Assembly: GCA_963827655.1 (NCBI GenBank)
Contig: CAWHCF010000006.1
Coordinates: 32,001-96,000, forward strand
Direction of reading: 5' to 3'
Length of the DNA stretch: 64,000 nt
From: an uncultured Acidobacteriota bacterium
GTDB taxonomy: Bacteria; Acidobacteriota; UBA6911
How positions within the stretch are numbered: position 1 is the first letter of the stretch; each line of letters begins with the position of its first letter. The translations under genes were made by a program, and so were the position numbers. Under the pieces are notes generated by a model that saw nothing but the letters and a program-made list of their open reading frames with translations, was not told where the DNA came from and did no database searches. Below, one piece after another: positions 38,654 to 48,951 of the stretch.

Positions 38654-40687
38654 ATGATCGAGATCAAGCGCAGCGTCTGCCCGCTGGACTGTCCTGATAC
38701 CTGTTCGATTCTGGTCACGGTCGAAGACGGCAAACTGGTCAAGCTGCAGGGCGACCCGGATCATCCTTTTACGCGCGGCTATCTCTGCGGGAAGGTCTCG
38801 CGCTATGACGAGCGGGTTTACTCGCCGGAGCGACTGCTGCATCCGATGAAACGGACAGGGCCGAAGGGAACCCAGCAGTTCCGGAGAATTACCTGGGATG
38901 AAGCCCTGGACACGATCGCCGCCCGTTTTCAGAAGATCGTGGAAGAACACGGCGGTGAGGCTATCCTTCCTTACTCATACGGAGGAACCCTGGGTGTAGT
39001 CCAGCGCAACGCGGGCCACCGGTTCTTTCACCGTCTGGGCGCCAGCCGGCTTGTGCGCACCATCTGCAGTCCCGCAGCAACCTTCGGTTTTAATTACACG
39101 GTGGGAGCGTCTCTCGGGCCCGATCCCGAGTCGGTTACGGAGTCGGACTACATCGTGATCTGGGGGCAGAATACCGCGGTGGTAAATCTCCACCTGATGC
39201 CTTTCATCAAGGAGGCGCGCCACTCCGGAGCGAAGCTCGTGGTCATCGATCCTTACCGGAATGACACCGCCCGCCTTGCCGACGTTCACCTGCAACCGCT
39301 CCCCGGCACGGATGCCGCCCTGGCCCTGGGCATCATGCACGTTCTAATTGCCGAAGACCGGGTTAATCGCGAGTACATTGCATCACACACCCTCGGGTAC
39401 CAGCAGCTAAGAGAGCGGGTCCTGCGGGAATATCCCCCCGAAAAAGCCAGCGCCATAACCCGCGTGCCGGTCGAATCAATCCGGCAACTGGCGCGCGAAT
39501 ACGGGTCCGCTCGGGCGCCCTTCATCAGGATCGGAGACGGGCTTTCCCGTCACACCAACGGCGGTATCGCAGTCCGCAGCATTGCCTGCCTGCCGGGACT
39601 GGTGGGCTCATTTGCCCGGAAAGGAGGAGGCGCTTTTCAGAGCACCGGAGGATCCTTCAAGATCGATGAAGACTACGTGCGCATGCCTGACCTCTCTCCC
39701 GACGGCGTGCGCAAGATCAATATGGTCAAGCTTGGCGACGTCCTGACTTCAGGTCTCAAACCCCCCGTTCTCGGCCTCTACGTCTACCATTGCAATCCGG
39801 CCGCCGTGGCGCCGGACCAGTCCCGCGTACTTCAAGGGCTTCGGCGCGAGGACTTGTTCACCGTCGTGCACGAACAGGTCATGACCGATACCGTAGACTA
39901 TGCCGACATCGCACTTCCGGCGACTACGTTTCTCGAACATGGCGATCTCTACAAATCATACGGCCACCTCTATCTGCAGAAAGCGGATCCGGCGATCGCG
40001 CCCCTCGGAGAGTCGAAGTCGAATCTGGAAGTGTTCCAGCTATTGGCCGCCCGCATGGGGTTCATGGAGGAAATATTCCAGGAGCCGCTGGAGAGCCAGA
40101 TAGAAGGTAGTTTGAACGTAGCGAGCAAGGAACTCGAAGGCGCCGGTTACCCGCAGATCAGAGACGGGAAGCCGCATCGTTTGAACGTGCCCGCGCAGCC
40201 CTACGAAAGCGGCTTTCCCACGCCTTCCGGAAAACTCGAATTCTATTCGGAGACGCTTGAAAAACTAGGGATCGATCCGCTCCCCTTCTACCGACCCTGC
40301 TATCACTCGAACGGGGAGGGGGAGGATGGAGCGCTCCATCTGCTGGCGCCCCCATCCAAGCATTTCCTGAATTCGACTTTCGGCGCCGTGCCGAGCCTGG
40401 TCGAGCGGGCTCGACGCCCTTCACTCCTCATTCACCCGGCCGAGGCCGCGGCGCGTAGTCTAGAGGACGGTCAGCTGGTGCGGGTTCACAATGAGAACGG
40501 AGAATGCAGGCTGTACGCAGCACTCACGGAGGATGCGCCTCGAGGCGTCGTCGTGGCGGCCTCGGTCTGGTGGCAAAAACATTCTCCCGACGGAAAAGGA
40601 ATCAACCACCTTACTTCACAAAAGACGACCGACCTCGGAGACGGCAGCACCTTTCACTGCAATCTGGTCCATGTCTCGCCTGCCTGA
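38654..40687 (+). CDS. Molybdopterin (bis-MGD) oxidoreductase
   Basis: CPLDCPDTC 4Fe-4S motif, RLLHPMKR, RTICS, ADIALPAT, C-terminal molydop-binding domain. Confidence 0.9.
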   Translation: MIEIKRSVCPLDCPDTCSILVTVEDGKLVKLQGDPDHPFTRGYLCGKVSRYDERVYSPERLLHPMKRTGPKGTQQFRRITWDEALDTIAARFQKIVEEHGGEAILPYSYGGTLGVVQRNAGHRFFHRLGASRLVRTICSPAATFGFNYTVGASLGPDPESVTESDYIVIWGQNTAVVNLHLMPFIKEARHSGAKLVVIDPYRNDTARLADVHLQPLPGTDAALALGIMHVLIAEDRVNREYIASHTLGYQQLRERVLREYPPEKASAITRVPVESIRQLAREYGSARAPFIRIGDGLSRHTNGGIAVRSIACLPGLVGSFARKGGGAFQSTGGSFKIDEDYVRMPDLSPDGVRKINMVKLGDVLTSGLKPPVLGLYVYHCNPAAVAPDQSRVLQGLRREDLFTVVHEQVMTDTVDYADIALPATTFLEHGDLYKSYGHLYLQKADPAIAPLGESKSNLEVFQLLAARMGFMEEIFQEPLESQIEGSLNVASKELEGAGYPQIRDGKPHRLNVPAQPYESGFPTPSGKLEFYSETLEKLGIDPLPFYRPCYHSNGEGEDGALHLLAPPSKHFLNSTFGAVPSLVERARRPSLLIHPAEAAARSLEDGQLVRVHNENGECRLYAALTEDAPRGVVVAASVWWQKHSPDGKGINHLTSQKTTDLGDGSTFHCNLVHVSPA

Positions 40688-40761
40688 ACGGTGCAAGACT
40701 GACCGCGTTCACAACCGCGCTCATCGACAATTTGGCGAGAAGTTCGAAAGGAGAGAACTCA

Positions 40762-41157
40762 ATGCAAGCAGAGCAGAAAGTCACGGGTAACGCAGCAGCC
40801 AACTTGAGTGAGTATGATGCGATTACCAGGACGGTTCAGCACTATATCAATGGCGCCAGGTCGGGCCGAGGCGCCGACATGAAGCCCGCCTTCCACCCGG
40901 ATGCAACGATCTTTGGCTATGTCGGCGCCGATCTGTTCGCCGGGCCTATCCAGCAGCTCTTTGACTGGAATGATCAGAATGGCCCGGCAACAGAGCTTCA
41001 GGCGCGGATCGCCAGCATTGATATCATCGGCACGGTTGCCACGGTGCGCCTGGAACTCGACAACTGGACCGGCCATCGGTTCACCGACCTGTTTACGCTT
41101 CTCAACGTTGAGGGGGAATGGACGATTATAAACAAGGTCTTCTACCTGCACCCCTGA
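40762..41157 (+). CDS. NTF2-like (Lumazine_bd_2) protein
   Basis: YINGARSG..MKPAFHPDA, FTDLFTLL..EWTIINKVF; SD AGGAG. Confidence 0.85.
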   Translation: MQAEQKVTGNAAANLSEYDAITRTVQHYINGARSGRGADMKPAFHPDATIFGYVGADLFAGPIQQLFDWNDQNGPATELQARIASIDIIGTVATVRLELDNWTGHRFTDLFTLLNVEGEWTIINKVFYLHP

Positions 41158-41274
41158 AGGTGCAATAGCATTGAAACCTTCGCCTGATTCAACTGCCGCG
41201 ACGCGAGGTAGAACACTTACTCGCTTCTCCAGCGTTGAATAAAACCCATCATCCACAAGCAAGGGAGCAGCAAT

Positions 41275-41340
41275 ATGGCAAACCCTCGAAATCTGCTCAC
41301 GTCGTCTACAGCACAAGACGCTTCGAGGAAATGATTGATA
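41275..41340 (+). pseudogene. Possible N-terminal remnant of a VOC/glyoxalase-family gene
   Basis: SD GGGAG + ATG, then after a frame change KPSKSAHVVYSTRRFEEMID, resembling VOC N-termini; does not continue. Confidence 0.35.
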
Positions 41341-41416
41341 GCTCGGCTTTACGCCAGGCCCGATGGCCCGGCGAATTCATCAACCAGCAGTACCAACTAA
41401 TGGGAGAACCTAATAT

Positions 41417-41821
41417 ATGCAAGGCGAAAAGATCGGCGAAGAATCAGGGAAGGTGACGTCACGGAGAGTTCTGCCGAACCCGGGTGGCAGCCCGAAGATG
41501 GAAACCTCCGTGCAGACCGACCTGACGTTGCTCGGTGTAAAAGCAACCAATACGGTGACCTACTGGTCAGCTGTCCGGCCCGATGGGACTTTGTATGGCG
41601 AAGGCCAGGGTATCGTCATGGGCAAGGAGGGAGACCTGGCCACATTCATAGGCCAAGGTGTCGGCACTATTAAGAAAGATGGCTCCGTCAGTTTTCGCGG
41701 CGCCCTGTACTATCAGAGTTCGTCCCCCAAGTGGTCGCGGCTGAACAGCGTTGCCGCGATCTTCGAACACGAGGTCGACAGCGCGGGGAACGTCCACTCA
41801 CAGTCATGGGAATGGAAGTAG
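41417..41821 (+). CDS. Hypothetical beta-rich protein
   Basis: SD GGAG, clean 134-aa ORF, RPDGTLYGEGQG motif; family not recognised. Confidence 0.7.
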   Translation: MQGEKIGEESGKVTSRRVLPNPGGSPKMETSVQTDLTLLGVKATNTVTYWSAVRPDGTLYGEGQGIVMGKEGDLATFIGQGVGTIKKDGSVSFRGALYYQSSSPKWSRLNSVAAIFEHEVDSAGNVHSQSWEWK

Positions 41822-41886
41822 CACGCGGCTTAGCGGTTTTCAGCGAGGTGGTTCGACCGCCAAACGCGTGATACACTTTACACACT

Positions 41887-42099
41887 GTGAAGCTCGACGA
41901 TTACAAAATCATTCTCTATAGGCAGCCGGACGGTAGCTGGGTGGCTGAGGTGCCGGCGATTCCCGGCTGCTATGCGTTGATGCCGAGCAAAGACGAAGCG
42001 CTTGCTGAACTCGACGCGGTCTTCGTCATGCTGTCGCAGGAGTACGCCGAAAAGGGGCTGTCCCTCCCAGCGGATACCACTGAGATCGTGAATGCCTAG
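41887..42099 (+). CDS. hicB: HicB-family antitoxin (short form)
   Basis: YKIILY..DGSWVAEVPAIPGC..EAL; overlaps hicA start. Confidence 0.8.
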   Translation: MKLDDYKIILYRQPDGSWVAEVPAIPGCYALMPSKDEALAELDAVFVMLSQEYAEKGLSLPADTTEIVNA

Positions 42100-42298
42100 C
42101 GCTACTGCGCGCGACTTCGAGGCGGTTGCGCGTAAGCTGGGCTTCGCCCGAACTCGGCAGACTGGAAGCCACGAGCGCTGGAACCACGCTGACGGGCGGG
42201 CTGTGACGATTCCACTCCTACGGTGGACGTGAGATCGGCCCGCCGCACCTTGCCGCAGGGGTTGGCGATAGCGACTACCGTGGACACGTCTGCTTCTA
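42092..42298 (+). pseudogene. hicA: HicA-family toxin, frameshifted and apparently truncated
   Basis: MPSATARDFEAVARKLGFARTRQTGSHERWNHADGRAVTIP, stop at 42232; the +1 frame continues GGREIGPP then becomes unrecognisable. Confidence 0.7.
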
Positions 42299-42464
42299 AC
42301 ACGCAGTCTTGCCCATCCTCTCGCACCAGATGAGATTGAAAGTCCGAAGGACGCGTGGGGCCAGAATTCAGGATCCAGTCCGGCGGTCCTGCCCGAATTC
42401 TGGATCCTGAATCCTAGGCTGGATTTCGAGACCGGCCGCTACGGCTGGTCCCGCAGATTACTTA

Positions 42465-43109
42465 TTAGAAAGTCCGGCCGGTGCGATTGCGATAGCGGCG
42501 GCTGCCGTTAAATCCGTCGCCGTATCCCTCTTGAAAGCCTCGGCGATATCCGGCTTGATAGTCACGCTTGTTGCCGTAACTCGATCGATAGCCGTCATCG
42601 GCATCCCGGTAGTCGCCATGCCGGTTGACATCCGGATTGCGGTTCTTCCGGTAATCTTCCAGACCCTTTTCCTGGCCGTCGCGGTATCCGCGCTCGAAGC
42701 CCATTTCAAACGCCTGGCTGTACCGGGTGTTCTGTGGATAACGCGAATCGGGGTAACGAGAATCATCCGGGTAGCGATTGGGGAAGCGAGAATCGCCTCT
42801 TCCGTTCCCTTGATAGCTGGCGCGATACCCAGTCTCGTACCCTTGTCGATATCCTTTCTGGTAGTCGCCTCTGTGCCCTATAGAATTTCTCCAGCCATCA
42901 TCGGCCCTTCTGTACCTGTCGTTCCGAGGATCGTGGCCCCTTCCGGCGCGATAATCGTTCTGCCCCTCGCGCGCGCCGTCTCGATATCCTTCATCGTATC
43001 CGAGTCTGAAGGCCTGGTCCTTGCTAACGGCCCCTTGCGCAGCGTGGGGCAGCACGAATGAACCCAAAAAGAGCGTGCATAAGATTGCAATCAAGAATTC
43101 TCTCTTCAT
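42465..43109 (-). CDS. Secreted Gly/Tyr/Arg/Asp-rich protein with two ~68-aa internal repeats
   Basis: Signal peptide; AFxxGYxxGYRDG...DYQxGYRxGYxxGY unit twice. Confidence 0.8.
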   Translation of the reverse strand: MKREFLIAILCTLFLGSFVLPHAAQGAVSKDQAFRLGYDEGYRDGAREGQNDYRAGRGHDPRNDRYRRADDGWRNSIGHRGDYQKGYRQGYETGYRASYQGNGRGDSRFPNRYPDDSRYPDSRYPQNTRYSQAFEMGFERGYRDGQEKGLEDYRKNRNPDVNRHGDYRDADDGYRSSYGNKRDYQAGYRRGFQEGYGDGFNGSRRYRNRTGRTF

Positions 43110-43262
43110 CCTTCCACCTTCCTCAAACAGAGCATTTGTCATGTTCCGTTAGATGAATCGAGGAGTGAAATGTTTCAATTTCTTGAAGCGAGTATAATCG
43201 CCTCTGTCCGGCGGGGACCCTAGTGTTTCAAGCGTCTTCGCCCCGTCGCTGAAGGAGAAAAC

Positions 43263-44298
43263 ATGAAACCTAAGATCGCTATGGCCCGATACCTGACTGC
43301 GCTGCTCTGCCTGGCAACGAGCGGGTTCTCTGAAACCCACACCATCTATCCCAACCACCATTCCCGCGTGTTTTCGGCGTACAAGACCCCCGTATTGCGA
43401 ATCAAGTCCGGCGACACGGTGATCACGCGCACCTGGGATTCCGGCGGCCAGGACTATCAGGGCGTCCGGCACATCCAGCACCCCTATGTCTACCCCGAAA
43501 GCGGGAATCCGCTGATGGGTCCGTTCTACATCGAGGACGCGGATTACGGTGATGCGCTGGAAGTGCGTCTCGACCGGGTGCGCCTGAACCGAGACTGGGG
43601 ATACACGAGCTACCGCTTGAGCCCCGCCGTGCTGAATCCGGGAACATCTCTGTACGAGAACTTCTACAAAATGGATGCTCTGCGTCCCAAACGGGCTGAC
43701 CTGATTCCGTGGGACCTCGATCTCAAGCGCGGCGTGGCGAGTCCGCGGCTGCTCGAGGGCTCCGGCGTCAAGATCGAGGTGCCGGTCCGGCCGATGCTCG
43801 GGTGCATCGGAGTCGCGCCGCCGGGAGAGCGGGTCGAGACGTCAGGGCCGTCCTCGACCCACGGCGGCAACATGGACTACAACGACATCATCGAGGGGAC
43901 CACGGTCTATTTCCCCGTGTATCACAAGGGCGCGTACTTCTACATTGGGGATGGCCATGCGCTCCAGGGCGACGGCGAAGGCCTCGGCTCCGGCGTGGAA
44001 ACTTCACTCGATGTGCAGTTCACGGTTCGGGTCCTCAAGGGCAAGCGCCTGTCGATTCCGCGGCTCGTGACCGACACGCACCTCGTCTCCATCGGCAGCC
44101 AGGCCGAGTTCTCGAGCAGCATGGATCACGGCCTGCGCATGGCCAATACGGACATGCTCAACTGGCTTACCTCGGAGTACAAGTTCACCCAGCCCGAGGC
44201 CCACATGCTGCTGGGGACCGTCGGTGGAGCACAAGATCGTCACGTACTTCGGCACCATCAGCACGCTCATGCCGAAGAAGTACCTCCCCAAGCGCTGA
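43263..44298 (+). CDS. Acetamidase/formamidase-family protein, frameshift near 44223
   Basis: GNPLMGPFYIEDA, HGGNMD, GDGHALQGDGE; removing one G gives TVVEHKIVTYFGTISTLMPKKYLPKR* and avoids overlap with the next gene. Confidence 0.85.
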
Positions 44299-44412
44299 AA
44301 CCAAGCGTCTGTGGAGAGCCCATGGGTTTAGGCTCTTCTTGTTCCTTCGGTCCGAAAGGAAAAGGAAGAATCGCTGGCGGCGCTTCTTCGGCTGCGAAAG
44401 CGCAAGAGTGTC

Positions 44413-46971
44413 CTACTTGCGGCTACGTTCCTCCTCGTCATCGTCGTCATCCCCCGATTTCGGCGGGATGATCGAGTGCCCTGTCTTACTCATCAGAGCG
44501 CGGCGCACCGGAGCCGGATAAGGAACCTCCACTCCCTTGATGCTGTGCCAGATGGCGCGGTTGAGCGTGTCTTCATCCGCAACCGTCAGCCGGTCGTAGT
44601 CGGAAAAATCGAGTTCGAGCGAGGCTTTCGCCCCGTAGGCATTGTCCGGATTCTTCGCCAAGAGGTCGACGCGCGCCGGAAGCGCGGTATACAGGGTAGA
44701 CTCCTGTTTCATCGTGAACGAGTTATACATGGGAGTTGCCGACGCATCATACTGGCTCATCGGGGGCAGCCCCAGGATCAGCTCGATCGTACGGAGCATC
44801 GAGACCGTGGTATAGAAGGTGCTGTCCAGGTGGCGACGCCTGGTATAAGGGGAAATCACCAGCGCGATCGTGCGGTGCGCGTCTACGTGATCGGGACCGT
44901 TCTGGGCATCGTCTTCGATCACGAAAATCGCCATCTCCTTCCAGTACTTGCTTCGCGTGCAGGCTTCGACAATCTTGCCCAGCGCTATGTCGTTGGAGGC
45001 AACGCAGGCCTTGGGCGTGAACGTGCCGGGACGCGTGCCGGTGGTGTGGTTTTCACCCAGTGACATGATCATGAAACGCGGCAGGCTGTTCGTGCGCTCA
45101 AATTCGGCAAGCTCCTTGATAAAAACGTCGGCTTTCTCCGGGTCTCGCTTGCCGGCTGCGCGCGCGGCCTGCCAGGCGGCGCTGGCGTGTCCCTTCAGTC
45201 CCGTGACTCCGTCGCCGCTGGTCAAGGGACCGGGCGGGGCCTCGGTCCCGGTGGCATAGACGTACTCGCCGTACGATCGGTAGGAAAGGCCCTTGCGCGC
45301 GCACAGATCCCAGATGTAGCCGGCCGGCGGGACGGTTACCTGCTCGGTCAGAGGCTGCCTTCCGCGACCGGCATACTGGGCGGGCCAGGAGCGAGCCGTA
45401 ATATCGGTGACATAGGCTCCGGTGCTCCAGGGGTGTCCGTCAGCCGAGACCTCGCCGCTGCAATAGGTGTTGTCCAGGAGCACATACTGTCGCGCAAGCT
45501 CGTGGTGATTCGGGGTAACATCCTCGCCAAACAGCGTGAGGTTGGGATCGCCGTTGCCGAGGGGTTTCCCGTTGCTGTCTTTGAAAGCGCCGAAGACCTG
45601 ATCGTAGGTGCGGTTCTCTTTGATGATGTAGAGAACATGCTTGATCGGAGAAGGATCGCCTACGCGCGAAGGTACCGGATTCGAGCCGGCGCGCGGAGCT
45701 CGGGCCGGACGATCTATCAGCGTGTCCTTGTACGGCGTATTGGCGTAAACCTGGCGCGTGAAGGCGGCCAGCCGGTCGTCATCGGGGAGCTCCAGCAAGG
45801 AAATCAGACCCCCTAGCAAGGTGCCGATATAGTCGTAACCCTTGGGAGCGACCGGATCGATAGGGAGCGTCTTGACAGGGTTGGCGCGGGTTCCAAGCCC
45901 CTTGCCGCTTGCGATGAACAGGCGCTTTCCATCGGGCATTGCGGAGACGGCTGTGGGATACCAGCCGGTGGGTATGAAGCCGCGCACCCGGCTGGAACCG
46001 GGACGTGAGATGTCGACCACCGCGACTGCATTGTTATCGGCATTGGCCACGAACAGCGAGTGCCCGTCCGGCGAGAGAGCCAGCGCGTTGGGAGTCGTTC
46101 CCGCGGGTGAGCGCGGCGTGAGCGAAACACGAATCTGCTCGTGGGTCCGGCCGTTCAAAGGATCGAGCACGACCACGGTGTCATCGTTGCCGCAGGATAC
46201 GAAGGCGCGCCCGTCAGGCGCAAAGACGAAATCGTTGGGGTGATTTCCGGTTTGCAGCACACGAGAGGTGGAAAGATCGTTCGGATTCAGGGCAAGAAGA
46301 CTGCTCAACGCCCATTGCGTAACGTAGAGCACGGAGCCATCCGGCGCGAAACGGAGGCAATAGGGACGCGCTCCCTGCGCGAGAGGCTTTCGGGTCTTGA
46401 CCTTGCCGTCCGGAAGGCTGAGCGCGTAGATGGTATCGGTCGCGATGTTGGCCGCATAAAGCGTCGAGCCGTCCGGAGAGAGCGCCAGTCCGGCAACATA
46501 GGCCTGCCCTTTCTCCTTCTCCTTCGAGGCATCCTGGGTGAGGTCCGGCAAGTCAATCTGCCGCCCGGCGCCAAACTTGCCCTGGTCTTCTTTCCTGAAA
46601 ACGTGAATACGGGGTGACGCGCCGCCGGAGACGTAAAGCGCGCTGCCGTCTTTCGACCAGACGATGCCGTTCCAGGCCCGTTCGAGCGGAAGCGATTGAC
46701 GTATTTTCCCCGTAGCGGTGTCTACCAGATGAAGCGTGTGAGGAGCGTACCCGGCGCTGGTCAGAGCAAGAGTCTGTCCATCGGGACTGAGGGCGCAGCC
46801 GAGCAGCATGTCGCCCGTCTCCTGGTGTTTGCCGGCTGGTGTGATGGTCCAGCCCGAATGAAGACGAACGCTCTTCTGGTCGCGTTCAGAATCGGCATAG
46901 ACGGCGGTGAGGAGAAGAGCGCAGGTAACCGCAACTCCCGCCTGCAGAGTTCGAGATTTCGAAAGGCGCAT
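44413..46971 (-). CDS. YVTN/YncE beta-propeller + alkaline phosphatase/phosphoesterase-superfamily protein
   Basis: LSPDG propeller repeats; IKHVLYIIKENRTYD, SADGH, EDDAQNGPDHVDAHR. Confidence 0.88.
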   Translation of the reverse strand: MRLSKSRTLQAGVAVTCALLLTAVYADSERDQKSVRLHSGWTITPAGKHQETGDMLLGCALSPDGQTLALTSAGYAPHTLHLVDTATGKIRQSLPLERAWNGIVWSKDGSALYVSGGASPRIHVFRKEDQGKFGAGRQIDLPDLTQDASKEKEKGQAYVAGLALSPDGSTLYAANIATDTIYALSLPDGKVKTRKPLAQGARPYCLRFAPDGSVLYVTQWALSSLLALNPNDLSTSRVLQTGNHPNDFVFAPDGRAFVSCGNDDTVVVLDPLNGRTHEQIRVSLTPRSPAGTTPNALALSPDGHSLFVANADNNAVAVVDISRPGSSRVRGFIPTGWYPTAVSAMPDGKRLFIASGKGLGTRANPVKTLPIDPVAPKGYDYIGTLLGGLISLLELPDDDRLAAFTRQVYANTPYKDTLIDRPARAPRAGSNPVPSRVGDPSPIKHVLYIIKENRTYDQVFGAFKDSNGKPLGNGDPNLTLFGEDVTPNHHELARQYVLLDNTYCSGEVSADGHPWSTGAYVTDITARSWPAQYAGRGRQPLTEQVTVPPAGYIWDLCARKGLSYRSYGEYVYATGTEAPPGPLTSGDGVTGLKGHASAAWQAARAAGKRDPEKADVFIKELAEFERTNSLPRFMIMSLGENHTTGTRPGTFTPKACVASNDIALGKIVEACTRSKYWKEMAIFVIEDDAQNGPDHVDAHRTIALVISPYTRRRHLDSTFYTTVSMLRTIELILGLPPMSQYDASATPMYNSFTMKQESTLYTALPARVDLLAKNPDNAYGAKASLELDFSDYDRLTVADEDTLNRAIWHSIKGVEVPYPAPVRRALMSKTGHSIIPPKSGDDDDDEEERSRK

Positions 46972-47071
46972 CGTGTGTTCTCCTTGAATAAAACGAAACT
47001 GAAGGCGAGAGGGGTCTCGGATGCGACTCTAGCAAAATTCAGATCGGAACACCACGAAAGTTCTGGACTAA

Positions 47072-47302
47072 GGGTTCGCGCAGAAATAAGTTCTCATTCT
47101 GCTGCAGGCCCCCAGGGCCCGCTGGCGAGGCGCGAGCGACGATGCGTACCCGGTGCGGTACGTGAGGAGCGAGCAACAAAGCCAGCGGGCCTGCGGGCCG
47201 CAGCCCGAAGGGGCGCGATCCTCAGCGTGTTAGCTTACAGACCGATTCATGATTGACCACCGACACTCGCGCCAGAATGTGAAGTTATTTCTGCGTGAGC
47301 CC
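47072..47302. mobile_element. MITE-like element family A, copy 3 (231 bp)
   Basis: Same TIRs and internal sequence as 5402-5634; flanks TAA / TGA. Confidence 0.85.
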
Positions 47303-47417
47303 TGAGTGCAATCCGAGAGTCAAAGTTCTGGTAAGATTGATTTCTTGCTTTTTCTTGGTGTATCTTCGTGTCTTTGAGTCTTAGTGGTATTTGTTAGTTG
47401 GGTTCTGGAGACCTGCG

Positions 47418-48860
47418 ATGACGAAAGCCATTCGAGTCCTTTTGTTTGCCCTGTCGGTTCTGGTTGTTTCGGCGCCCGCGCAAGACAAAGCGGCAAAGAT
47501 CGACGAGCTGATGTCGCAATATCACGAGTACCGGCAATTCAACGGCTCGGTCCTGGTGGCGGATCAGGGAAAGGTCATCTACAAAAAGGGCTTTGGTCTG
47601 GCCGACATGGAATGGAACATCCCCAACACTCCGGAAACGAAGTTCCGGCTGGGATCGATTACCAAGCAATTCACAGCCGCGGTGGTTCTCCAGCTGGTCG
47701 AGGAAGGAAAACTCCGGTTCGAGGGAAGGATCTGTGATTACCTCCCGGAGTACCCAAGGAAATCCGGAGAGAAAGTAACTATTCATCAGCTGCTGACGCA
47801 CACGTCCGGTATCCCCAGCTACACAGGCCTGCCTGACTTTTTCGAGAAGATGAGTCGCGATCCCTACTCTCCAACTGATTTCCTCAAGGTATTCTCCGGA
47901 CTCGATTTTGAATTCGAGCCCGGGTCTAAGTTCCGCTACAACAACTCCGGCTATTTCCTTCTGGGAGCTATCATCGAAAAAGTCAGCGGCGAGAGCTACG
48001 AAAAGGTTCTCCAGGACAGGATCTTCAAGCCGTTAAACATGAAAGACAGCGGGTACGATCTTCACAAGACCATTCTCTCCAGGCGCGCCGCCGGTTACAG
48101 CCGCACTCTCGATGGTTATGAAAATGCGCCCTACCTCGACATGTCGCTTCCCTATTCCGCAGGCTCACTCTATTCGACGGTCGAGGATCTCTTCCTGTGG
48201 GACCAGGCCCTCTACGCCGATAAACCGGTCTCGGGGAGGTCCAAAGAGCTGATGTTCAAAGCCAACCTGGAAAATTATGGTTACGGCTTGATCATCCGAA
48301 AGGCGCCGATCATCGAAGGGAAAAACGAGGTAACGACCATCGGCCATGGCGGCGGCATCAACGGGTTCAATACCCTGATAGAACGCCTGGTCGAAGATAA
48401 GCACCTCATCGTCCTGTTGAACAACACCGGCGGAACCAGATTGGGCGAAATGAGCCAGGCGATAAAAAACATCCTGTACGGCGCGCCTGTCAAAAACCCT
48501 CTGAAACCGGTTTCGCAGGTGTTATACAAGACTATTCTCGAGCAGGACCTGGCTTCGGCTGTGAAGCAGTACCGGGAGCTCAAAGCGAACCAGTCCGCGC
48601 AATACGATTTCAGCTGGCCCGAGCTCGATATGGTCGGACGGCACTTGCTGCAGGCGAAAAAACACAAGGATGCTCTGGAGATCTTCAATCTGAATGTCGA
48701 AGCCTATCCCAAGATCGCGGCCGTGTACAACAGCCTGGGGGATGCCTATCGGGAGGCGGGAAACAAGGAACTTGCGGTCAAGAATTATGCCAGGGCTCTT
48801 GAACTGAATCCTGGGAACCGGGGACTGGTGGATAAAATCAAAACTGTGGTTGATAAGTAA
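47418..48860 (+). CDS. Beta-lactamase-family (class C-like) serine hydrolase with C-terminal TPR
   Basis: SITK, LLTHTSG, YNNSGY, HGG motifs. Confidence 0.9.
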   Translation: MTKAIRVLLFALSVLVVSAPAQDKAAKIDELMSQYHEYRQFNGSVLVADQGKVIYKKGFGLADMEWNIPNTPETKFRLGSITKQFTAAVVLQLVEEGKLRFEGRICDYLPEYPRKSGEKVTIHQLLTHTSGIPSYTGLPDFFEKMSRDPYSPTDFLKVFSGLDFEFEPGSKFRYNNSGYFLLGAIIEKVSGESYEKVLQDRIFKPLNMKDSGYDLHKTILSRRAAGYSRTLDGYENAPYLDMSLPYSAGSLYSTVEDLFLWDQALYADKPVSGRSKELMFKANLENYGYGLIIRKAPIIEGKNEVTTIGHGGGINGFNTLIERLVEDKHLIVLLNNTGGTRLGEMSQAIKNILYGAPVKNPLKPVSQVLYKTILEQDLASAVKQYRELKANQSAQYDFSWPELDMVGRHLLQAKKHKDALEIFNLNVEAYPKIAAVYNSLGDAYREAGNKELAVKNYARALELNPGNRGLVDKIKTVVDK

Positions 48861-48951
48861 AAGTAGAAGTTCTTTGCGTCCTGGTGTCTTAGGGTAGTTT
48901 GCGCAAAACCAGGAAGCCCTCTCGCCGGCGAGGCGAAGAACGGAGACTCTG

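Noticed and set aside
41277-41330. c-di-GMP-I riboswitch (GGCAAACC...GAAA)
   Set aside because: No complementary arm or GCAAAG segment follows; better explained as a coding remnant.
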